This document shows positions 19,326 to 30,539 of a DNA stretch of 64,000 nt, piece after piece. The notes beneath the pieces are model-generated. The model did not search any database and was not told where the DNA came from. It worked only from the letters and a program-made list of their open reading frames with translations. The DNA comes from Burkholderiales bacterium. Lineage in GTDB: Bacteria > Pseudomonadota > Gammaproteobacteria > Burkholderiales > SG8-41. Each line of letters starts with the position of its first letter. Within the stretch, counting starts at the first letter, position 1. The stretch covers positions 2,303 to 66,302 of the forward strand of contig JAYTWR010000199.1 in assembly GCA_043743335.1 (NCBI GenBank), read 5' to 3'. Made by a program: the position numbers and the translations under genes.

Positions 19326-20576
19326 ATGCAACACATACTGGTTGTAGACGACGAAATCGGAATCCGTGAGCTGTTGTCGGAAATTCTCTCCGACGAAGGC
19401 TACAAGATCGACCTCGCGCAAAACGCCACCGAGGCGCGCGCGCGGCGGCAAGAGGCGCGCCCAGATCTGGTATTGCTCGATATCTGGATGCCCGACACCG
19501 ACGGCATCACCTTGCTCAAAGAATGGGCCAGCAGCGGCTTGCTGACCATGCCGGTGGTGATGATGTCCGGCCACGGCACCATTGACACTGCGGTTGAGGC
19601 CACCCGCATCGGCGCCTACGACTTCCTGGAAAAACCCATCGCGTTGCAAAAACTGCTGGCGACCGTGGGCCGCGCGTTAAAGCATGGTGCTGCGCAACCT
19701 CAACCCGGCGCGTCACTCGCAGCACTGGGCCGCTCGCCGCTGATTACCGATTTAAAACAGCGGCTGGAGCGCATTGCTGCCATGCGCACGCCGGTAGTGT
19801 TGGTGGGTGAGCCGGGTTGCGGCGTTGAAGTCTGCGCACGCATGCTGCACACGCGCAACACGCCGTGGATCACGCCGGAAACCAACGCACAACTCGCCGA
19901 TCAGCCGATTGAAATTTTGAATCAGGCGCGCGACGGCACGCTGTTCGTGCACGATGTTGCTGGCCTTTCCCGCACAGAGCAAAAAGGCATGCTGCTGCTG
20001 CTCACCAAAGTAGCGCGCTACAACACGCGCGTGGTGTGCGGTGCCTCGCGTCCGCTGGCGGGCGTGGCCGCCGGCGGTGAGTTTGACGCCAAGCTTTACG
20101 AGTTGCTGTCGGCGATGACTATCACCGTGCCCAGCCTGCGCCAGCACCGCGAAGACATCCCCGAAGTCGCCGGGTTGATTTTGACGCGCATGATCGAGGC
20201 CAAGGAAATTCCCGCGCGCCAGTTTTCCACCGCCGCGCTGAACCTGCTGCGTAACTTTGATTGGCCGGGCAACGTCACCCAGCTCGAAAGCGTGGTGCGC
20301 ACGCTGGCGCAAACCGCACACACCGACGAAATCAGCGCCGACGATGTGGCGCGCGCCCTGCCCGAACCCGTCGCTGAACCGGCGCAACAAGTGCTGGCGT
20401 TCGACCAGCCACTGCGCGAGGCGCGTGATGCGTTTGAGCGCGCCTACTTCGAATACCACCTCGGCAAAGAAGGCGGCAACATCAGCCGCGTGGCGGAAAT
20501 CGTCGGCTTGGAGCGCACACACCTCTATCGCAAGCTGAAGCAACTGGGGGTTAAGCTAGCGCGGCGGGAGGAGTAG
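19326..20576 (+). CDS. ntrX: NtrX-like response regulator (REC, degenerate AAA+, Fis HTH)
   Basis: LLDIWMPD and MSGHG receiver motifs, WPGNV, GLERTHLYRKLK; no GAFTGA. Confidence 0.85.
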   Translation: MQHILVVDDEIGIRELLSEILSDEGYKIDLAQNATEARARRQEARPDLVLLDIWMPDTDGITLLKEWASSGLLTMPVVMMSGHGTIDTAVEATRIGAYDFLEKPIALQKLLATVGRALKHGAAQPQPGASLAALGRSPLITDLKQRLERIAAMRTPVVLVGEPGCGVEVCARMLHTRNTPWITPETNAQLADQPIEILNQARDGTLFVHDVAGLSRTEQKGMLLLLTKVARYNTRVVCGASRPLAGVAAGGEFDAKLYELLSAMTITVPSLRQHREDIPEVAGLILTRMIEAKEIPARQFSTAALNLLRNFDWPGNVTQLESVVRTLAQTAHTDEISADDVARALPEPVAEPAQQVLAFDQPLREARDAFERAYFEYHLGKEGGNISRVAEIVGLERTHLYRKLKQLGVKLARREE

Positions 20577-20712
20577 CAGCATTCCACTGCGGCGATCCTC
20601 ACCGCAACGCAGCGCAGCGCAACGGAGCAGTCGCCCGCACCCGCCCGCAGCGCTATAATCGCGCTTCCCTCTGTCGCCCCTTCGTATCTTGTAGCTTGGT
20701 AAATCAGCCGCG

Positions 20713-22722
20713 ATGACATCCCCTAACGATTTGGCCAACGCGATCCGCGCGCTTGCGATGGACGCCGTACAGCAGGCCAATTCCGGCCATCCGGGCATGC
20801 CGATGGGCATGGCGGAGATCGCACAAGCCTTATGGATCAATCACTTACGTCATAACCCAGCCAACCCGGGCTGGGCTAATCGTGATCGCTTTGTGCTCTC
20901 GAACGGCCACGGCTCAATGCTGCTGTATGCGCTGCTGCATCTGTCGGGCTACGATTTGCCGATGGCGGAGCTGAAAAAATTCCGCCAATTGCATTCCAAA
21001 ACGCCGGGCCACCCGGAGCACGGCCTGACGCCGGGCGTGGAAACCACCACCGGCCCGCTGGGCCAAGGCTTGGCCAATGCGGTGGGCATGGCGTTGGCCG
21101 AGCGCCTGCTGGCGGCGGAATTTAACCGCGACGGCCATGCGGTGATCGATCACCGCACCTATGTGTTTCTGGGTGACGGCTGCCTGATGGAAGGCGTGTC
21201 GCACGAGGTGTGCTCGCTCGCGGGCACGCTGGGGCTGAACAAGCTGATTGCGCTGTACGACGATAACGGCATTTCCATTGACTCCGAAAAAGCCAAATTA
21301 AATCAATGGTTTACTGATAACACACCGCAGCGCTTTGAGGCCTACGGCTGGCGTGTGATACGTAACGTCGATGGGCATAACGTGGCTGCGGTGGATGCCG
21401 CAATCAATGAAGCGCAGTCGGCGAGCGACAAACCCACACTGATTTGCTGCAAAACCGTCATCGGCAAAGGCGCGCCGAAAAAAGCCAACACGGGCGGCGC
21501 GCACGGCGCGCCTTTGGGGGCGGAAGAAATTGCCGCCACGCGAGCGGCGATTGGCTGGAGCCATGCACCCTTTGAGATTCCCGCCGCCGTATATGCCGGC
21601 TGGGATGCGCGCGCGCGCGGCGCTCAAGCGGAATCTGCTTGGCATGAAACATTCGCCGCCTACGCCAAACAACATCCCGATTTGGCCGCGCAACTCAAGC
21701 GCCGCTTGTCAGGCGAGCTGCCTGCGGCGTGGAAAGATCACGCCGCCAAGGTGTTGCAGCAAGTCAATGAAAAAGCGGAAACCATCGCCACGCGCAAGGC
21801 CTCGCAAAACGCCATCGAAGCGCTGGCACCGGTATTGCCGGAACTCGTGGGCGGCTCGGCCGATCTGGCCGGCTCTAACCTCACGTGGTGGTCGGGCTCC
21901 AAGGCGGTGGGGGCTACGGGCGGCGGCAATTACGTCTACTTCGGCGTGCGCGAATTCGGCATGTCGGCCATCGCCAACGGTATGGCGCTGTATGGCGGGT
22001 TTATCCCGTATGTGGCGACCTTTCTGACTTTTGCGGATTACGCACGCAACGCCTTGCGCATGGCCGCGCTGATGAAGCAGCGCGTGGTGTTTGTGTATAC
22101 GCACGATTCCATCGGTCTGGGCGAAGACGGCCCCACGCATCAGCCGGTGGAGCATGCCGCGACGCTACGCTTGTTGCCGAATATGGATGTGTGGCGGCCG
22201 TGCGATACGGTGGAATCCGCCGTGGCCTGGCAAGCGGCCATCGAGCGCCGCGACGGGCCCACCAGCCTGTTGTTCTCGCGGCAAAACCTGCCGTTCCAGA
22301 AGCGCAGCGCGCAGCAGTTGGCCCATGTCGCGCGCGGCGGCTATGTGTTGTCCGACGCCGCCAACCCGAAGGCGATTATTATTGCCACCGGCTCGGAAGT
22401 CGCGTTGGCGATGGCGGCGCAAAAACTGCTCGCGGCGGAAAATATCCCCGTGCGCGTAGTGTCGATGCCCTCGACCAGCGTGTTCGACCGGCAGGACGCA
22501 ACCTATCGCGCTGGTGTGTTACCCAGCGCTGACAACGGCGGCCCGGTGCGCATTGCGGTCGAAGCGGGCGTCGCCGATTTCTGGCGCAAGTACGTGGGCA
22601 TCAAAGGCACCGTGGTGGGCATGAACAGCTACGGCGAATCGGCCCCCGCCACCGAGTTGTTTGCCTATTTTGGTTTTACGGCTGAGAGCATCGCCGCCAC
22701 CGTCAAGAACGCATTGCAGTAA
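20713..22722 (+). CDS. tkt: Transketolase
   Basis: [17 protein letters not shown] and [15 protein letters not shown] motifs. Confidence 0.98.
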   Translation: MTSPNDLANAIRALAMDAVQQANSGHPGMPMGMAEIAQALWINHLRHNPANPGWANRDRFVLSNGHGSMLLYALLHLSGYDLPMAELKKFRQLHSKTPGHPEHGLTPGVETTTGPLGQGLANAVGMALAERLLAAEFNRDGHAVIDHRTYVFLGDGCLMEGVSHEVCSLAGTLGLNKLIALYDDNGISIDSEKAKLNQWFTDNTPQRFEAYGWRVIRNVDGHNVAAVDAAINEAQSASDKPTLICCKTVIGKGAPKKANTGGAHGAPLGAEEIAATRAAIGWSHAPFEIPAAVYAGWDARARGAQAESAWHETFAAYAKQHPDLAAQLKRRLSGELPAAWKDHAAKVLQQVNEKAETIATRKASQNAIEALAPVLPELVGGSADLAGSNLTWWSGSKAVGATGGGNYVYFGVREFGMSAIANGMALYGGFIPYVATFLTFADYARNALRMAALMKQRVVFVYTHDSIGLGEDGPTHQPVEHAATLRLLPNMDVWRPCDTVESAVAWQAAIERRDGPTSLLFSRQNLPFQKRSAQQLAHVARGGYVLSDAANPKAIIIATGSEVALAMAAQKLLAAENIPVRVVSMPSTSVFDRQDATYRAGVLPSADNGGPVRIAVEAGVADFWRKYVGIKGTVVGMNSYGESAPATELFAYFGFTAESIAATVKNALQ

Positions 22723-22739
22723 CTACTTGATTTTATTGA

Positions 22740-23759
<1,020 letters not shown>

Positions 23760-23790
23760 GACTTTAACTACATTGGATTTTAACTACATT

Positions 23791-23860
23791 GCCACAGCAG
23801 TCATAGAGAAAACCCGTCGCGACGGTATTGGGGTTTGGGCTTCTCGGTGTCCTCTGTGGC
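23791..23860. repeat. Short inverted-repeat element (GCCACAG...CTGTGGC family)
   Basis: Arms GCCACAGCAGTCATAGAGAA and TTCTCGGTGTCCTCTGTGGC (15/20 complementary), inner palindrome CCGTCGCGACGG; preceded by a duplicated TTTAACTACATTG (23763, 23779). Confidence 0.65.
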
Positions 23861-23869
23861 TAAAGGGTT

Positions 23870-25054
23870 TTGAAATTGGGTTTTCTACGTTTGGTTGATC
23901 TACCGCTCGCTGGCCAGCGCGTTTTCATACGCGCCGATTTGAATGTGCCGCAAGACGATGCGGGCAACATCACCGAAGACACGCGCGTGCGCGCTTCCGT
24001 GCCGGCCATCACACATGCGCTGAAATCCGGTGCGGCGGTCATGGTGACTTCACATCTGGGTCGCCCGACCGAAGGTGAATTAAAGCCCGAAGATTCACTC
24101 GCGCCTGTCGCCAAACGCCTGTCTGAACTGTTGGGCCAGCCGGTGCGCCTCATTACGCATTGGCTCGATGGCGTGGATGTCAAAGCTGGCGAAGTGGTGA
24201 TGCTGGAAAACTGCCGCGTCAATCGCGGCGAGAAAAAGAACGATGATGCGCTTGCCAAAAAAATGGCGGCGTTGTGCGATGTCTATGTCAACGACGCGTT
24301 CGGCACCGCGCACCGCGCCGAAGCCACCACACACGGCATCGCCAAATTCGCCAAGGTCGCCTGCGCTGGCCCGTTGATGGCCGCTGAACTGGATGCGCTG
24401 GGCAAAGCTTTGGGCAATCCGGCGCGACCGCTGGTGGCGATTGTGGCGGGATCGAAAGTTTCCACCAAGCTCACCATTTTGAAATCGCTGGCAGCGAAAG
24501 TCGATCAATTGATCGTGGGAGGCGGCATCGCCAATACCTTCATGCTGGCCTCCGGCATGCGCATCGGCAAATCACTGGCCGAGCCTGATCTGGTGGGCGA
24601 AGCGCAAGCCGTGATCGACATCATGAAAGCGCGCGGCGCGTCCGTGCCGTTGCCGGAAGATGTGATCGTCGCCAACGAACTCGCCGCCATGGCACGCGCC
24701 AACCGCGTGGATGCCAGTGCGGTGAGCGCGGACGACATGATTCTCGATATCGGCCCCAAGGCGGCGGCGCATCTGGCGACCATTATCAGCACGGCCGGCA
24801 CGGTGGTGTGGAACGGCCCGGTCGGCGTGTTTGAATACGACCAGTTTGCGGGCGGCACCAAAACCATCGCGCAGGCGATTGCAGGCTCAAAAGCGTTTTC
24901 GATTGCCGGCGGTGGCGACACGCTGGCGGCGATTGCGAAATACCATATCGCAGACAAAATTTCCTATATTTCGACGGGTGGCGGCGCGTTCCTAGAGTTT
25001 CTGGAAGGCCGCAAGTTGCCGGCGGTCGCGATACTGGAATCCCGAGCCGCCTGA
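23870..25054 (+). CDS. pgk: Phosphoglycerate kinase
   Basis: [24 protein letters not shown] and STGGGAFLE motifs; TTG start. Confidence 0.97.
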   Translation: MKLGFLRLVDLPLAGQRVFIRADLNVPQDDAGNITEDTRVRASVPAITHALKSGAAVMVTSHLGRPTEGELKPEDSLAPVAKRLSELLGQPVRLITHWLDGVDVKAGEVVMLENCRVNRGEKKNDDALAKKMAALCDVYVNDAFGTAHRAEATTHGIAKFAKVACAGPLMAAELDALGKALGNPARPLVAIVAGSKVSTKLTILKSLAAKVDQLIVGGGIANTFMLASGMRIGKSLAEPDLVGEAQAVIDIMKARGASVPLPEDVIVANELAAMARANRVDASAVSADDMILDIGPKAAAHLATIISTAGTVVWNGPVGVFEYDQFAGGTKTIAQAIAGSKAFSIAGGGDTLAAIAKYHIADKISYISTGGGAFLEFLEGRKLPAVAILESRAA

Positions 25055-25134
25055 ACGCGCGGGCTGTCAACGTCATCCAGCCGCAATATGCCCCACTCAA
25101 ACTACAGGCCCTTCCTCTCACCATCAGGCACCCC

Positions 25135-26565
25135 ATGACCCGCCGCACGAAAATCGTAGCAACGCTAGGGCCTGCTTCCACCGACCGCAAAACGCTGGAA
25201 GGCATGATCGCTGCCGGCATGGATGTGGTGCGCATGAATTTCTCGCACGGCACAGCAGACGAGCATCGCAAGCGCGTGGAGATGGTGCGCATGCTGGCGC
25301 GCCGCGCGGGTCGCGCCGTGGGCGTGTTGGTGGATTTGCAGGGGCCGAAAATCCGCATCGGCAAATTCAAGGACGGCAAAATCAATTTGCTGGCCGGTGC
25401 GAAATTTATCCTCGACGCTGAGTGCAAACTGGGCGATGAGAACACCGTAGGTCTTGATTACCTCAACCTGCCAAAAGACGTGCGCACCGGCGACACGCTG
25501 CTGCTCGACGACGGGCGCATTGTGCTGGGGGTGTCGTCGGTCAAAGGCCCGCGCATCCATTGCGTGGTGGAAATGGGCGGCGTGTTGTCCAACAACAAAG
25601 GCATCAATCGCAAAGGCGGCGGCTTGAGCGCGCCCGCACTGACCGAAAAAGACAAGCAGGACATCAAGACTGCCGCCGAACTCAAAGCGGATTATCTGGG
25701 CATTTCGTTCCCGCGCTCCGGCGCCGACATGAAATGGGCGCGCGATCTCATGCACAAGGCGGGCGGGCGCGCGCTGCTGGTGGCGAAAATTGAGCGTGCC
25801 GAGGCGATCACGGCACTCGACGAAATCATCGACGCCTCCGACGTCATCATGGTGGCGCGCGGCGATTTGGCGGTTGAGGTGGGCGACGCTGTGGTACCCG
25901 CGCTGCAAAAACGCATGATCCGCATGGCGCGTGAGAAAAACAAACTGGTGATCACGGCAACACAGATGATGGAGTCGATGATCAGCAATCCCATTCCCAC
26001 GCGCGCGGAAGTGTCCGATGTCGCCAACGCCGTGCTCGACGGCACGGATGCGGTGATGCTGTCGGGTGAAACTGCCGCTGGCAAATACCCCATCGAAACC
26101 GTGGCGGCGATGGCGCGGGTTTGCGTGGAAGCGGAAAAAGAAGATCTCATCAGCACCGACCGTTCGCGTCGCGGCACAGCGCCCAGCGCGGTGGAAGAAG
26201 CCATCGCGCGCGCCACGGTGTTTACGGCTAACAACCTTAACATCAAAGCCATTGCCGCCCTCACACAAAGCGGCAAAACCACGCTGCTGATGTCGCGTAT
26301 GCCGACCGCGGTGCCTATTTACGCGCTGTCGTCGGTAGTGGAAACACGTCGCCGCGTGGCGCTGTTCAAAGGCGTTTACCCGATTAAATTCAAAGGCGTG
26401 CGTAATCCTGAACGCGCCTTGAATCAGGCGGAAGACGAGTTGCTCAAACGCGGCGCGGTACAAAACGGCGACTATATTGTGCTCACCATTGGCGAACCGT
26501 ACGGCAAGGCCGGTGGCACCAATACCCTGAAAATTGTGAAGGTCGGTGAACACCGTCATGCTTGA
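25135..26565 (+). CDS. pyk: Pyruvate kinase
   Basis: TKIVATLGPA, MVARGDL and DAVMLSGETA motifs. Confidence 0.97.
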   Translation: MTRRTKIVATLGPASTDRKTLEGMIAAGMDVVRMNFSHGTADEHRKRVEMVRMLARRAGRAVGVLVDLQGPKIRIGKFKDGKINLLAGAKFILDAECKLGDENTVGLDYLNLPKDVRTGDTLLLDDGRIVLGVSSVKGPRIHCVVEMGGVLSNNKGINRKGGGLSAPALTEKDKQDIKTAAELKADYLGISFPRSGADMKWARDLMHKAGGRALLVAKIERAEAITALDEIIDASDVIMVARGDLAVEVGDAVVPALQKRMIRMAREKNKLVITATQMMESMISNPIPTRAEVSDVANAVLDGTDAVMLSGETAAGKYPIETVAAMARVCVEAEKEDLISTDRSRRGTAPSAVEEAIARATVFTANNLNIKAIAALTQSGKTTLLMSRMPTAVPIYALSSVVETRRRVALFKGVYPIKFKGVRNPERALNQAEDELLKRGAVQNGDYIVLTIGEPYGKAGGTNTLKIVKVGEHRHA

Positions 26566-26606
26566 GCTATCAGGATTGAGCACTGAGGATGGCGGATTTA
26601 GCGAGG
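26565..26606. repeat. Degenerate 7-bp tandem repeat
   Basis: AGCTATC AGGATTG AGCACTG AGGATGG CGGATTT AGCGAGG starting at the pyk stop. Confidence 0.45.
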
Positions 26607-26681
26607 CGGCCAATCGTAGTAAACTGCACGAGAGTCGCCAGCGGTAAAAATTAATAAGTATATGATTTTATTGAGGAAATT

Positions 26682-27701
26682 ATGGCCACAAACCACTTGA
26701 ACGCAATCGCCAAAGCCATGGTCGCACCGGGCAAAGGCCTACTCGCCGCCGATGAAAGCACCGGCACCATCGGCAATCGCTTTACCAGCATTAACGTCGA
26801 AAACAATGAAGAGAATCGCCGCGCGTATCGCGACCTGCTGTTCACCACCAAGGGCGTGGGCGATCACATCAGCGGCGTGATTTTGTTCGACGAAACGCTG
26901 CGGCAAAAATCAGCCGACGGCACGTCGTTCGTCGATCTGCTCAACAAACAGGGCGTGCTGCCCGGCATCAAGGTCGATGCGGGTGCCAAGCCGCTGCAAT
27001 TCTGCCCTGGGGAAACTGTCACGGAAGGCCTCGACAACCTGCCCAAGCGTTGCGCGGAATACGTCAAACTCGGCGCGAAATTCGCCAAGTGGCGCGCGGT
27101 CATCGACATCAGCGCTGACTTGCCCAGCAACACCAGCATTGTCGCCAACGCCCATGCACTGGCGCGCTACGCCGCCATTTGTCAGGAAGCGGGTCTGGTG
27201 CCCATCGTCGAACCCGAAGTGCTGATGGATGGCGATCACACCATTGAGCGCTGCGAGCACGTGACTGAATGGACGCTCAACGCCGTGTTCGAAGCGCTGT
27301 ATGTGAATCGCGTGTCGCTCGAAGGCTCAGTGCTGAAGCCGTCGATGGTGATCTCCGGCAAAAAATGTGCGCGGCAAGCCGACGTGCAGGAAGTGGCCGA
27401 GCGCACGGTGCGTATCCTCAAACGCACCGTGCCGGCTGCGGTGGCGGGCATTGCGTTCCTCTCCGGTGGGCAAAGCGACGAAGTGGCGACCGCGCATTTG
27501 GATGCCATGAACAAGCTGGGCAATAACCCGTGGCCGCTGAGCTTCTCGTACGGTCGCGCGCTGCAACAGGCGACGCTAAAAGCGTGGCGCGGACAAGCCG
27601 CCCATGTGCCTGCCGCGCAAGCCGCGTTGGCGCACCGCGCGCGCATGAACGGTCTGGCTGCGCTGGGCAAATACGCGGCGAGTATGGAAGCGCAGAAGTA
27701 A
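26682..27701 (+). CDS. fba: Class I fructose-bisphosphate aldolase
   Basis: GLLAADESTGT, AKWRAV, VPIVEPEV, FLSGGQS and FSYGRALQ motifs. Confidence 0.95.
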   Translation: MATNHLNAIAKAMVAPGKGLLAADESTGTIGNRFTSINVENNEENRRAYRDLLFTTKGVGDHISGVILFDETLRQKSADGTSFVDLLNKQGVLPGIKVDAGAKPLQFCPGETVTEGLDNLPKRCAEYVKLGAKFAKWRAVIDISADLPSNTSIVANAHALARYAAICQEAGLVPIVEPEVLMDGDHTIERCEHVTEWTLNAVFEALYVNRVSLEGSVLKPSMVISGKKCARQADVQEVAERTVRILKRTVPAAVAGIAFLSGGQSDEVATAHLDAMNKLGNNPWPLSFSYGRALQQATLKAWRGQAAHVPAAQAALAHRARMNGLAALGKYAASMEAQK

Positions 27702-27720
27702 ATCGTATTCCGCTGAATTC

Positions 27721-27750
27721 GGGCGCGCAGCTTCGGCTACGCGCCCTTTT
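27721..27750 (+). terminator. Rho-independent terminator of the glycolytic operon
   Basis: GGGCGCGCAGC-TTCG-GCTACGCGCCC followed by TTTT. Confidence 0.8.
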
Positions 27751-27762
27751 CGTTTCTACATC

Positions 27763-28851
27763 ATGAACACACGCACACCCGTTTCGATTATCACTGGCTT
27801 TCTAGGCAGCGGCAAAACCACGCTGTTAAACCGCGTGTTGCAAGACCCTGCCATGGCGGGTGCTGCGGTAATCATCAATGAATTCGGCGAGATCGGGTTA
27901 GATCATCTGCTGATCGCCACGCCCAATGAAAACACCGTGCTGCTGGCAAGCGGCTGCATTTGCTGTACGGTGCGTGGCGATCTGGTGGACACGTTGCGTA
28001 CTCTCGATCGCCAGCGCATCAAAGGCCAGTTACCGCCGTTCGACCGCGTGCTGATCGAGACCACCGGCCTTGCCGATCCGGTGCCGATTATTCAAACCGT
28101 AGTCACTGACGAACAGCTCGCACCACGTTTCGAGCTTGATGGCGTGCTGACGCTGGTGGATACCGTCAATGCCATGCAGCAACTGGATACGCAACCCGAG
28201 GCCATCAAGCAGGCCGCCGTGGCGGATCGTCTCATACTCACCAAAACCGACATCCTGCCTGCTGCCGATGCGCTGCTCGCGCGTCTTGCGCGTATCAATC
28301 CCGGCGCACGCCTGCTCACCGCACATCAAGGTGATGTTGATGCGCATGAACTGTTCGGTGCCCATCTCAATGCCAGCGCGGGCAACAGCGAATTGTCGCG
28401 CTGGCTGCCCGAAGCGGCGGTAAAACAGGCTGAGACACACTACCAACGAGCGCCCGTTCACGGCAGCGCGCACGACGATCATATTCGCGCGTACAGCGTC
28501 TATCTCGATGAGCCGGTCAGCGCCAGCGGCATGACAGCGTGGCTCACCGCGCTCGCGTCTTTGCGCGGCGCGAACCTGCTGCGCGTGAAAGGCCTGCTCA
28601 ATGTGGATGGCGATCCGGTGGCGGTGCATGCGGTGCAAACCCTGATTCACGAGCCGGTGACGCTCGCGCGCTGGCCAGATGCCGATCGTCGTTCGCGCAT
28701 TGTGTTCATCACGCGCGAGATGTCGCGCGCGCAGATCGAAAGCACGCTCGACGTGTTGCGCCTGCGTACCACCAACAACGCCAAGACACCGCAGCCGCTT
28801 GATCCGCAGGCCTACGCAAGGTTCGTTGCGGCCATGCAAAAAATCCATTAA
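27763..28851 (+). CDS. CobW/COG0523 family P-loop GTPase metallochaperone
   Basis: GFLGSGKTT, NEFGEIG, GCICC, ETTGLADP motifs and CobW C-terminal LLRVKG. Confidence 0.93.
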   Translation: MNTRTPVSIITGFLGSGKTTLLNRVLQDPAMAGAAVIINEFGEIGLDHLLIATPNENTVLLASGCICCTVRGDLVDTLRTLDRQRIKGQLPPFDRVLIETTGLADPVPIIQTVVTDEQLAPRFELDGVLTLVDTVNAMQQLDTQPEAIKQAAVADRLILTKTDILPAADALLARLARINPGARLLTAHQGDVDAHELFGAHLNASAGNSELSRWLPEAAVKQAETHYQRAPVHGSAHDDHIRAYSVYLDEPVSASGMTAWLTALASLRGANLLRVKGLLNVDGDPVAVHAVQTLIHEPVTLARWPDADRRSRIVFITREMSRAQIESTLDVLRLRTTNNAKTPQPLDPQAYARFVAAMQKIH

Positions 28852-28890
28852 AAATCAATTAGTTATAATTAGACGCGCCTCGATTTTTGC

Positions 28891-28919
28891 TTGACATTAA
28901 ACAGCGGATTTACTACCGT
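28891..28919 (+). promoter_or_regulatory. Putative sigma70 promoter of the amidohydrolase-Bug operon
   Basis: TTGACA-17 bp-TACCGT. Confidence 0.5.
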
Positions 28920-28939
28920 TCAACCTAGAAACGGCCTTT

Positions 28940-29061
28940 GCCACAGAGCACACAGAGAGACATCAGCGCGTTACCGTGATTCACCTGATCACGCGGTTGG
29001 TGAGCGAACGTTTCAGGCCCAGTAGCTGTCTTTCCTCGGTGTTCGCGGTGTGCTCTGTGGC
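28940..29061. repeat. Inverted-repeat element (GCCACAG...CTGTGGC family) in a probable 5' UTR
   Basis: Arms GCCACAGAGCACACAGAGA and TCGCGGTGTGCTCTGTGGC (17/19 complementary) with 9-bp internal periodicity. Confidence 0.75.
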
Positions 29062-29138
29062 GAGTTGCGGTTTATAGGTTCAACGCAAGCCCATCGTATC
29101 CATCACGCTCATCCAGATCACCCTCAGGAGTTTTCCGC

Positions 29139-30488
29139 ATGTTCGATTTCAAAGTGCCTGAAGAAAAAGGGCCGACCAAAGTCATCACCGGCGCAACGCT
29201 GATCGACGGCAACGGCGGCACGCCGCTCAAAGACCCGGTGATCGTGATCGATGGCCGTCGCATCAAAGCGGTGGGTGCCAAGGGTAAAGTCAAAATCCCG
29301 CCGAAGGCCGAGGTCATCGACTGCAAGGGACTGACGCTGATGCCCGGCATGATGGACGTGCACCTGCACACCATGATGTTTAACTGCCTAACGTTTCACA
29401 ACTACCGCGTGGCGCAGTGGGAAATCACGCCCGAGTTGCAGCAGATGTATGGCCTGTTTCATGCGCAACTGTGTTTTGACATGGGCTTTACCACGCTACG
29501 CGATCTGGGGCTGAACAGCTACCGCGGGCTGTTGACCGCGCATTTGTGTGCGGTGCGGGATTCCATCAACGCCGGCGTGCTGGAAGGCCCGCGCATGTTG
29601 ATCGGCGGCTTTACCACCATCACCGGTTCGCACTTGGATTTGATCCAGCCGCGTGCGGCGCAGCGCCTCGGCTTTCAAACAGCGGATGGCCCGTGGGAGC
29701 TGCGCAAGCTCGCGCGCACCAATTTGCTTGCTGGCTGCGATATCGTTAAAACCTGCGCCACCGGCGGCGGCGGCACCGACAAGGAAGAGCCCGATATCCG
29801 CAACATGACGCAGGAAGAAATCGATGCCATCGTCGATGAGGCGCATGCGTTTCACAAACCGGCGGCGGTGCATTGCTTTACGCCGAACGGGCATCGCATG
29901 GCGCTCACGGCAGGCGCGGATACCATCGAGCACATGGTGTTCCACGACGAAGAAGTCATCGACATGATCGCCGATTCACCCGCGTGGATGACGCCAACGC
30001 TATTGCATCGCACCGATCGTGCGATTCAAACGCGCAAAGAGCAGGGCACGTCGATGTTCGTCATCAACAAAATGAAAGCGCTGCAACCCTACTGTTTTGA
30101 AACGTTCCAGAAGGCCTACAAAGCCGGCGTGAAAATCGCCATGGGCACTGACATGGGCTTTGATCCTGAAATGGGTGCCAATGCCTGCGAACTCGAAATC
30201 TACGTCAAGCTCGGCATGACACCGATGGACGCCCTTTTGACCTGCACACGCAACGCAGCGCACGCAATCAAAATGGAAAAAGACCTCGGCACGGTCGAGC
30301 CGGGCAAACTCGCTGATCTCATCGCCGTGAAGGGCGATCCGCTGAAGAACATCGCCTGCCTGCAGGAAAAGAAGAACATCCAGATCGTCATGAAAGAAGG
30401 TCGCGTGTATGCCGACCGTCGTGCGGGCCACAGCAGGAACGTGGTCAACGTGAACCCAGGCGAGTGGAAAAAAATTGATTATTTGTAG
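29139..30488 (+). CDS. Metal-dependent amidohydrolase family protein
   Basis: PGMMDVHLH, catalytic Lys in IVKTCATGG, VHC, IEH, MGTD and GKLADL motifs. Confidence 0.92.
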   Translation: MFDFKVPEEKGPTKVITGATLIDGNGGTPLKDPVIVIDGRRIKAVGAKGKVKIPPKAEVIDCKGLTLMPGMMDVHLHTMMFNCLTFHNYRVAQWEITPELQQMYGLFHAQLCFDMGFTTLRDLGLNSYRGLLTAHLCAVRDSINAGVLEGPRMLIGGFTTITGSHLDLIQPRAAQRLGFQTADGPWELRKLARTNLLAGCDIVKTCATGGGGTDKEEPDIRNMTQEEIDAIVDEAHAFHKPAAVHCFTPNGHRMALTAGADTIEHMVFHDEEVIDMIADSPAWMTPTLLHRTDRAIQTRKEQGTSMFVINKMKALQPYCFETFQKAYKAGVKIAMGTDMGFDPEMGANACELEIYVKLGMTPMDALLTCTRNAAHAIKMEKDLGTVEPGKLADLIAVKGDPLKNIACLQEKKNIQIVMKEGRVYADRRAGHSRNVVNVNPGEWKKIDYL

Positions 30489-30539
30489 CCATCGGTGAGT
30501 GGGTAGGTGAGCGAGTGAACGGGTAGCTTCGGCGTTCCG

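Noticed and set aside
19326..20576. Sigma54 activator or novel degenerate AAA+ protein
   Set aside because: Lacks GAFTGA and has a degenerate Walker A, which fits known NtrX-like regulators in this conserved locus
25165..26613. 482-aa minus-strand ORF
   Set aside because: Antisense shadow of pyk with no recognisable motifs; expected in GC-rich coding DNA
26682..27701. Eukaryote-like class I aldolase as a sign of horizontal transfer
   Set aside because: This class occurs in many proteobacteria and sits in the normal glycolytic operon position with host-like codon style
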